DNA of 63,717 nucleotides, the filler included, from Licmophora abbreviata (taxonomy: Eukaryota): assembly GCA_900291995.1 (NCBI GenBank). It is 10 parts of 10 records of this genome, joined end to end, with 100 filler letters (N's around TTAATTAATTAA, not from the genome) between each part and the next. Parts side by side here need not be neighbours in the genome. Positions count along the whole stretch, not along the records: positions 49,461 to 57,300 come from OLMU01003608.1; positions 57,401 to 62,297 come from OLMU01003609.1; positions 62,398 to 63,717 come from OLMU01003619.1; 7 more parts are not named here. The stretch is one strand, 5' to 3'. Numbering within the stretch: the stretch's first letter is position 1; every line of letters begins with the position of its first letter. The position numbers and the translations under genes are program-made. A model generated the notes under the pieces. The model was not told the origin of the DNA and made no database searches. It was given only the letters and a program-made list of their open reading frames with translations. Positions 56,362 through 63,717 of the stretch are shown here, piece by piece.

Positions 56362-57443
56362 TTATGACATACCGGTAGAGGCGGGACAAAGTGATCTCTT
56401 GAAGGGCTCACCGTCATTCTGTAGCGAGAGTTGGTCTCGTATCAAATTCTTTCGCGACTTGACAAAGTCTCGCAAAACAGTCTTGTGGTCAATCCACACA
56501 TCCATGTCATCTATGCTGCTCAACGGCACCCTTACTACCTTTGTAGCGTCATCTCCCGCGCTGGGGGTCACGTTTGGCGGGATTTCCATGGTGTACACCA
56601 CCGAAACAGAGTGTTTCCGTGCGTCACGTTTGGGATCAGAATACACTCCGATCAGCGTTATGGCTTGGCCTGGAAGAGAGACACTCAGCTCCTCCTGCAG
56701 CTCTCTTTGTACAGCTATTTTCGACAGTCTCTCCAACTTCTACAAAACCACCCATCAGAGCGAATTTTCCATTGTCGGCCCTCTCCACAAGCCATACATG
56801 GTCAGGTCCGGACGTGAGCACGACGTCGATTGCCAAAGATGGCGTACACATACAATAGTCGTCGCCACTGCACCAACAGGAACCCTGTTGAAGTTGCGGG
56901 TTAATTTGTGGGGATCCATTGGAATGCCAAACTCGGCTCACTAAGCCCGCACGGGCGGGGTAGATAGTCGGTGGGTCGTAAAAACTGTGGGTCGATTCGC
57001 TGACCGATGTCGCCTCGAGCATCTTGTCCTCGTGGTATGCTGGAGGCTTGTTATTGATAGAAAAGGGATTCCCTCTCAGGGCACTTTCGTCTTTGGTGAC
57101 GGTGACGGCGCGGTTATGTATGATCGTAGAGTGGGTACTAGTGTGTGTCAGTACCGCGGCGAGTGCGCAGGCTTGGAAGGCGATGATGCACCATGCGATT
57201 ATCTCCCTTGTTCTAGGGCGAGAGATGATCCGTTCGGGCACCGATAGCTCCCCGAGAGACCTGTCGGACTGAACCCGTACAAAGGGCGTGCGGGTCCTGG
57301 NNNNNNNNNNNNNNNNNNNNNNNNNNNNNNNNNNNNNNNNNNNNTTAATTAATTAANNNNNNNNNNNNNNNNNNNNNNNNNNNNNNNNNNNNNNNNNNNN
57401 AGGGCGTGCGGGTCCTGGAACCGCGGTCGCTGTTGTCCATCAT
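56362..57443 (-). CDS. Type II membrane Nudix hydrolase; spans a false gap and has an apparent +1 frameshift
   Basis: Collapsing the 18-bp duplicate around the gap gives MMDNSDRGSRTRTPFVRVQ...TM. Removing one A at 56718..56721 gives a perfect Nudix box GFVEVGETVEIAVQRELQEE, followed by GVYSDPKRDAR.H and AGDDA. Confidence 0.85.
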
Positions 57444-57871
57444 GGTGGTGCGGTAAAAGTTCTTTGTCGACTGGAATTTGTGAACGCCCTTCGCATTTGT
57501 GTATTCGGTTGGAATGACTAAAAAGCCGATCCGTACTTATCGAACCTGGAAACAGGAAGTCATTGTCGGTCATTCTCGAATTCTGTCTGCGTGTGGTCAT
57601 CGGGACATCGGGTCATCTTCAACCTTCGCGACGGGGAGCATCTCATCCTGCTCATCGGCGGTGGCATCACGGCGACTTGACGACCTATGACTGACTGCAT
57701 GAGATGACCTCTACAGATTTGACGACGAGACACGAGAAAAACGACGCCCCCGGACACACCACGCTGCTCGTCTGATAAGTAGTTCTTTGGAGTTGCTTTC
57801 GATCTTCTGCAGCGACTCGTTTCACGCCCAGTGTTCATATGCAATAAGGCAGTCATCGTCACTACAAGACC

Positions 57872-58558
57872 ATGCTATCATATCGACACCTCTACCCTAT
57901 TCTCCACCTGCTCGTTGGTTTCAGCACTTCTGCGACCAAGCTGGTCCAGGCAAAGTCTTCGTTTGACGGTTCGGAGCTACGACGGACCCTCGAAGGAGTC
58001 GACGAAGACGACGATGAGTACGACGGCGCAACCGACTGGAACGCATCGTCCTCCGACTGGTACAATCTATCGACCTACGTCGATCCCGATTCCATTACGT
58101 ATGACTTGATACAAGGATTTTTGTTCGTTGCACTAGTGGCAGTCGTCGCGTGGTCGTGTTGGTGCTGCGGGATTCGCCTCGGTATATGGGAAGACCCTCG
58201 ACTGCATCGATATCGGCATACGCGGCTCGTACGCGATGGACGAGGCGTCTTTTCGAAGATACCGGCTCATCTGCATGAGCCGGATGATGCATGGGATGAC
58301 GATAGTCAGGTGAGTATGGAGTTTGGAGAAGTTTACGACGATAATGACGAGTACGAGGACGAAATCGATATGCAAAAAGAGGAGAAGCGACTCTTTGCGG
58401 AGGCGGAAGGATTCTTCGCTGCAAAGGACAGTCGCAAGACGCCGACCGGACAAACGTCTCGTGAACCAAAAGAGGAAACGGACGATATTCTGGATCTAGA
58501 GGCTGATGAGGGAGATCAACAAAAGGACAAGAAGCAGGCGGAGACGGTATTCATATAA
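57872..58558 (+). CDS. Acidic type I membrane protein of unknown function
   Basis: Signal peptide, LRRTL, TM followed by a Cys cluster (SCWCC), acidic cytoplasmic tail. Confidence 0.7.
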   Translation: MLSYRHLYPILHLLVGFSTSATKLVQAKSSFDGSELRRTLEGVDEDDDEYDGATDWNASSSDWYNLSTYVDPDSITYDLIQGFLFVALVAVVAWSCWCCGIRLGIWEDPRLHRYRHTRLVRDGRGVFSKIPAHLHEPDDAWDDDSQVSMEFGEVYDDNDEYEDEIDMQKEEKRLFAEAEGFFAAKDSRKTPTGQTSREPKEETDDILDLEADEGDQQKDKKQAETVFI

Positions 58559-58913
58559 AGAGCCTTGCATTCTATTAGTAGAGACTGTGTTTGCAAATAC
58601 TGATCATGATGCTCGTGCGTGGGTTGGAGACGAAGCTCCTATCACGAGATTGCACAGCTGAATTCTCTTCCCGATTTGTGTCAAATTTCCTTGCCTGCCA
58701 TGATCACGTAGCCAACTCTACGCGCATGTATCGATAGGCAAACCTCGATCGTCTCGCGCAAGTGCAGGTTTCAGTCAACGCCACCTGAGTACAGTGGTGC
58801 ATGTTCTACCGCCTAAAGCCGTTCGAGTGATGCAGTTTCTGGCAGACGTACTTGTTACACTTCACGCCAAGTGCCTGATTCAAGTGCGTGGTGGGAAAAC
58901 AGTCTCACACCCG

Positions 58914-59543
58914 TCATTCCAGACCGAGGGACTGCGAGATCCCGCGGCACATCGATTGGCATTCGACATAGCTCATTTCAACACCCGGGAAAGCAGGGAT
59001 GAGTTGAATGCGACCTTCTTTTAGAAGCGATTCGATAGATTGGTGGCGCGCGTCTCTCTCGCTGCCTTGAGAAGATGAGCAGTTCTTCTGCGACGCCAGG
59101 ACGCGAAACATTACAACCGTCAGGACTTTGTGTGCCAGGATGACTTCGTTCACAATGACATCCAGGATATCCTCACATGGAATCAACAGCGGTGGTGCAA
59201 CAAGCGCGCCACATCGTCTTGTTTCAAGCTGCACGCCGAGAGGAAGGACCGTTACGGTGATTTCGTCCATAGCTGCATTTCGGCCAAGAACCTTTTCAAT
59301 CAAAAAGGCCGCCGCGGTGAAAGACAACAAAGCAACTGCATATGTTTCCCATGACAAGGACGTTGATTCATATATCTTGGCTATAAGGATCGATACCACT
59401 ATTGGACCCATCCCAAAGAAAAGCTTTTCTTTTGCTCTGGATCCTCCTTTCGCTGGTGTGCCGCCGTCATCGTCACCCTGCACCGCAAAGACATGCGCCA
59501 TGCCTGGACACAGCTCCGGGTCAGTCTCTTGGTCCTCTCCCAA
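58914..59543 (-). CDS. PIGH: GPI-GlcNAc transferase subunit H (PIG-H)-like; 5' end unresolved
   Basis: Two TM helices, then TVLPLGVQLET, IP.EDILDVIVNE, LIPAFP. Confidence 0.7.
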   Translation of the reverse strand: MGEDQETDPELCPGMAHVFAVQGDDDGGTPAKGGSRAKEKLFFGMGPIVVSILIAKIYESTSLSWETYAVALLSFTAAAFLIEKVLGRNAAMDEITVTVLPLGVQLETRRCGALVAPPLLIPCEDILDVIVNEVILAHKVLTVVMFRVLASQKNCSSSQGSERDARHQSIESLLKEGRIQLIPAFPGVEMSYVECQSMCRGISQSLGLE

Positions 59544-60006
59544 ACCTCAACGAAGTGCTCGTGGGGTGGATGGAGCCATGTGATCCATGTTTGTCGGCCG
59601 TTGACGAAAGCCAGAGGGAAGCTTCAATGCACCGGCGATTATTCGATCACCGCCATGGCCGGAGCCGCGAGAGAGATGTGAGATGCAGAGAGCGGATGAT
59701 GCGCAGACGAGACATATCATGTCGTCGCGCACGCAGAAAAGTAGCATGATGACATACGTATACATGCCTCGGCATGGGGGAGTAACTGACTATCCTCAAG
59801 TACCAAATCGCTCGACTTATGTGCAGTCCCTCTAAACCATCTCTGTACGTCGTTAGAGTCTGATATATTGTGAAAAGAAACTAACTCGGAGCTATAGAGT
59901 TTCGTCATGCAATCCGAAGCATGTGAAGCGCAAGAGACGCTAAGCGACGTGGGTGGCGAATTCCCCACAGATGACCAAGAAGTGTCATTAAATCCAGCAT
60001 CTCAAC

Positions 60007-61066
60007 CTACTCAAGTCGCCCGTGGGAACTGGCGACAGCTTCGTTGGTCTCTCGGACCATCTTGGCAAAGTACTCATGCCAGCGATAGTCGCTGGTGAGC
60101 TCGGGATGAAAGGCGGTACATAGTACGTTCTCCTTTCGTACCGCACAGATGACTTCTCTAGCATTGGTTCCATCGGCTGCACCAGGAAGGTCAATCCGGT
60201 CAGTCTCCTCAAGGCTCATATCCTTCTTTTCTTCTTGTACATCGTCGTCGGATCGCTTCACGTCCAAATAAGATATTTCCTGAGACGACTTGCGCTCCAG
60301 CGCATCGACGACTCCCATGACAACCACATTTTCACCAGCATTAATCTTTCTCTCAAGCTCTTGCAGAACGACCGCAGCCTGTCGATGAGGGGTCGCCACG
60401 ACCTTCCCGAGCACCTCCACATCCGTTCCCGCTGACAAGATGGCTGGCGCCCGAATAAAGACACCGGGAAAGTCGTCTCCCCCGATTCCCGGCGGTGGCG
60501 GCGTCGCCATTTCAAAAGAAGATATCTGCGACCCGAAATAGTTTCGGCAAACCAATACATCCATTCCTCCAATCAGCGCCTGCCCATTCTCGATCACGGC
60601 ACTCGCACCGACGCACTTTTCCGCAAGCAAAATCATACCCGCACAGGTTCCCCACGCCGGTTTACTTTTCGTAAAGTCTTTCAATGCCTCCCACATGTTC
60701 CTTCCGGTGTCTGATTTTACGGTTCCAATGAGCCCCATCGCTGTGGACTCGCCCCCGGGCAATACGAGACCGTCGATGCCGTCGAGCTCACTAGGAGTCC
60801 GGACCTACGCAAACGCAGAAATTGATCTCGGTGAGGGCTTTCAACAGTTAAAATCAGACTGGATGCGCACTCCCACAACAAAGATGAGTCGGGACCACTA
60901 CGATTCAGTCAAGTAGTGCAAGCGTCGACCAGAAACCAGAACACACCTGCGTAGTGCGACATCCAACGTTTTCCAGGCACCGCTGGTGCTCTTCAAACGC
61001 GCCCTGCAGCGCCAGGACTCCAATGAGAGGTGACGTATCTTTCGATGACATTCTGGATATTTCCAT
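60007..61066 (-). CDS. PDX2: Pyridoxal 5'-phosphate synthase glutaminase subunit (2 exons)
   Basis: IGVLALQGAFEEH, intron 60805..60946, LPGGEST, WGTCAGMI, RNYFGSQ, FIRAP, FHPELT. Confidence 0.95.
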
Positions 61067-61641
61067 AGTAGACGAAACGAAGTAAAGACGTGCTCGTCAG
61101 GCTTGCCGTAAAAGGCTAGTCTAACGTGAGACTGCAAAGCGACGATGGCAGCGATGATGCAGTGTTGACGGCGTGAGACGTGACAACGCGGAATGAATGA
61201 ATCTGTGAGAGAGGTCGAAATGTTTTCGCGGGAAGAATTTCGGATTCGTGGCATCGTGCTTCCCTGCCGTCCGACCGCCTACCGACTCTTGACTAGACTA
61301 GCCTATCTCAACTGATTCGATTGACTCGACTCATTCATCCACTTCAACTTACGAAGAGACGTTGCGTCAGATGCGAAAGCACAAGCAAGAGAGAAGGGTA
61401 CAACTTTTGATAACGTAGACTAGGCACCGATGTTAGCGATAGATGCGATCGCACATGCTGGTATGACTAGAAGTTAGAACGAATGAAACTCTAAATTTTG
61501 TTCTACTGTGTCACACTTTGGAACTGATAGTTGAAGTGGCTAAGCCAACCCATACTTTCGTCCAGTGACGTCCCAACAAAGGTGATCAGCAGAACTCCTT
61601 CCCGGCTTATATCGACATCGTGTCTTCCAAAGACGACATGT

Positions 61642-62297
61642 CTACAACCGCCGAGACGATCGAAGTTGCGTATCGTAAGTGCGTCTTGACTGGGCGTCAT
61701 TCAAAGTCTCGTATGCATGCTTGATGCGGCGGAACACATCGGGAGCGTCCGCTTCCTTGTTCTTGTCAGGGTGAAACCGAAGGGCCATCTGCGATGGAAG
61801 AGATACAATTGAAGCAAAAAAGTGAGAGAGGTTATTCCAACTTGTAACAAAAGTCGAGTAGCAGTCAAGAAGAGCTTGCCTTTCTGTACGCTTTCTTGAT
61901 ATTCACGCTAGTCGCGTTCCGTTCGATGCCAAGAACAGTATAGTGGTCTCTCGCTGTGTCCGATCCAGGGCTCATTTTCGGTTGTTGTCCCTGCTTCTGC
62001 TGCTGACGACTGCCTCCATTTGTCTGTCCACGCCATGACGAGGAACGATGGCTACTCTGGTGGCGGTAGGAGTAGCTTTCCTGGCGTTGACTGCCGTTCG
62101 ACGGGGCGCTTTTGTCTTTCCGGAAGCTTCCCTTGTTCGGACTCTTCCCGTCGAAGGGGTCCCACCGACGAGCACTAGAAGCACCCTCCTGGCTATACCA
62201 CTGATTTCTTCGTCCCTGTGCGTCACCTGGATTTTTCTGGCCAAACTGCTGATTATACCACTGCTGACGCTCCTCGCTGTATGCAGCCTCCTCTCTG
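61642..62297 (-). CDS. C-terminal J-domain protein, 3' fragment with a GC-AG intron
   Basis: My translation: ...RDHYTVLGIERNATSVNIKKAYRK|MALRFHPDKNKEADAPDVFRRIKHAYETLNDAQSRRTYD. Intron 61789..61879 starts GCAAGC. The frame is open up to the gap. Confidence 0.88.
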
Positions 62298-63030
62298 NNN
62301 NNNNNNNNNNNNNNNNNNNNNNNNNNNNNNNNNNNNNNNNNTTAATTAATTAANNNNNNNNNNNNNNNNNNNNNNNNNNNNNNNNNNNNNNNNNNNNCGT
62401 CAACCACATTGGTTCATCTGCAAGCTGTGGACACTACACGGCTGATGCAGAGCGACTCTATCCTAACGGAGAGAGGGAGTGGACTCGGTTCAACGACTCG
62501 TATGTGAGCAAAGTGACTAAGCAAGAAGCCGTGGGCGAGTCGGCACGCAGAACAGCCTACATGGTACTCTGTGAGCTCGAGTAGGGCACGTCCCATATGT
62601 GCCAGCTAATGTTCAATAGATGGAACGTAGAATTAAGTGATTTCGTTGGGCGTGATGCGCTTGGCTGAGCGTGGGTTGTTTGGCGTTCGTTCGAGCCATT
62701 CAGCTTCATGCTAAGCTCCGGACGTCATGCAGCAAGGGGCTCCCCAGAAGAGGAGAGACTATCCAGCAGATTGTGGTTGCTAGTCAAAGATGGGCAGGCG
62801 CCTCGTAGGTCGGGATGTCGTAGATCAGCTATTTGGCTTCAGTACGAGTAGGGGGGAAGTAGAAGAAGAAGGCCATCGTCTTGTCGTGTTGGGTGTCTAA
62901 TACATATTAGTATACATGCTGTCTATTTCTACCTCGGTCATCGCCCTGGTAAGTTCAGAGAGTAGGGGATGTTTTTTTTCTGGTACCGTTATCGCTCAGA
63001 TGTCCAATCCTTGTTCTAAAAGAACTCTCA

Positions 63031-63543
63031 CTACTCACCGCACACTCCTGCGCTGTACTCGTCGCCGCACTGGCGATAGCTGCTGATGTCAACAGCCAAG
63101 GGATCGAAACATTCCCCTCCCACGGAGATAGATCCATCCCCACGGAGCGAAAGGGGCTCTTCAAAGCTGTTCAGCATGGGGGTCCGATGATGAATGATGT
63201 CAAACGCACCCTTCATTGTATTCATGTAAAGATCGTAATCGTCTCGATCTTCCGAAGGACGACTGGCGACCTTGGCCGTTGTCGTCGAGGAGGTCAAGCC
63301 TCTGTCAGCGAATTCGTCATCCTGAAAATCGTCGTAGAGCTCACTTGAAGCGTTCTCTAGAGTTTGTATCTGACGAGCTGCCGATCTGGAAATCAGACTG
63401 ACATGCCCGTCGGCAGGACTCAACCGACATGAGTTCCCACCAGCAAGCCTGGTGACACCACCGCGCGCAACTCTGGAATTCTCGATGGTGCAAGAAAGTG
63501 CAGTCTTTCCCAGTCGACGACATGTCTCTGCAATAATCTTCAT
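63031..63543 (-). CDS. Hypothetical protein, probably a first exon, with a mitochondrial-presequence-like N-terminus
   Basis: Arg/Ser-rich N-terminus, acidic body, GTGAGT donor at the ORF end. Downstream exons were not resolved. Confidence 0.45.
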   Translation of the reverse strand: MKIIAETCRRLGKTALSCTIENSRVARGGVTRLAGGNSCRLSPADGHVSLISRSAARQIQTLENASSELYDDFQDDEFADRGLTSSTTTAKVASRPSEDRDDYDLYMNTMKGAFDIIHHRTPMLNSFEEPLSLRGDGSISVGGECFDPLAVDISSYRQCGDEYSAGVCGE

Positions 63544-63717
63544 GCTTCACGGTTCTATGCTGTCACTTGGTTTGGATCAAAAGTTGTTCCTGTCAGCCGT
63601 GCAATGCAACATTCCCAGTATCGAGAACAACGTGATGCTTGGCATTTTGTGTCAACTTTGCCCGCTCGTCATTTTCGGCATGTCAAGTACCACTCCCCCG
63701 CGCACCGATTAGAAGGA

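Noticed and set aside
62398..63030. 5' exons of the J-domain gene or 3' exons of the 63543 ORF
   Set aside because: All minus frames contain stops, and I could not assemble a consistent splice path.
1..63717. CRISPR arrays, transposons, rRNA/tRNA, prokaryotic defence systems
   Set aside because: I saw no repeat-spacer arrays, transposase or RT motifs, terminal repeats or RNA-gene signatures. The content is intron-containing eukaryotic genes.

Overview
Gene-dense eukaryotic nuclear DNA, most likely from a diatom. The evidence is short GT-AG introns, bipartite ASAFAP-type plastid presequences, Lhcf and Lhcz antenna genes, a diatom-type cyclin, DUF6824 and secreted twin-SET proteins. The window is a scaffold of 10 contigs joined by nine artificial 100-bp spacers (44 N + TTAATTAATTAA + 44 N). 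At least three of these gaps are really overlaps between contig ends, two with allele-like differences. About 40 protein genes can be supported, many only after manual splicing. Four genes carry single-base frameshifts that look like run-length sequencing errors. I saw no rRNA, tRNA, CRISPR or recognisable transposon. The most interesting candidates are: a tail-anchored heme oxygenase followed by an output-less multi-PAS protein with a FixL-type heme pocket; a zf-UBR/2OG-Fe(II) oxygenase fusion head-to-head with a second 2OG oxygenase; a Cdc6/Orc1 with a ~950-residue N-terminal extension of repeated modules; an FN3-FN3-thioredoxin; a type II membrane Nudix hydrolase; and two small genes the ORF track misses or splits (a twin-CX9C protein and a V-ATPase subunit f-like protein). 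All family calls come from recognising motifs by eye. No database search was run.
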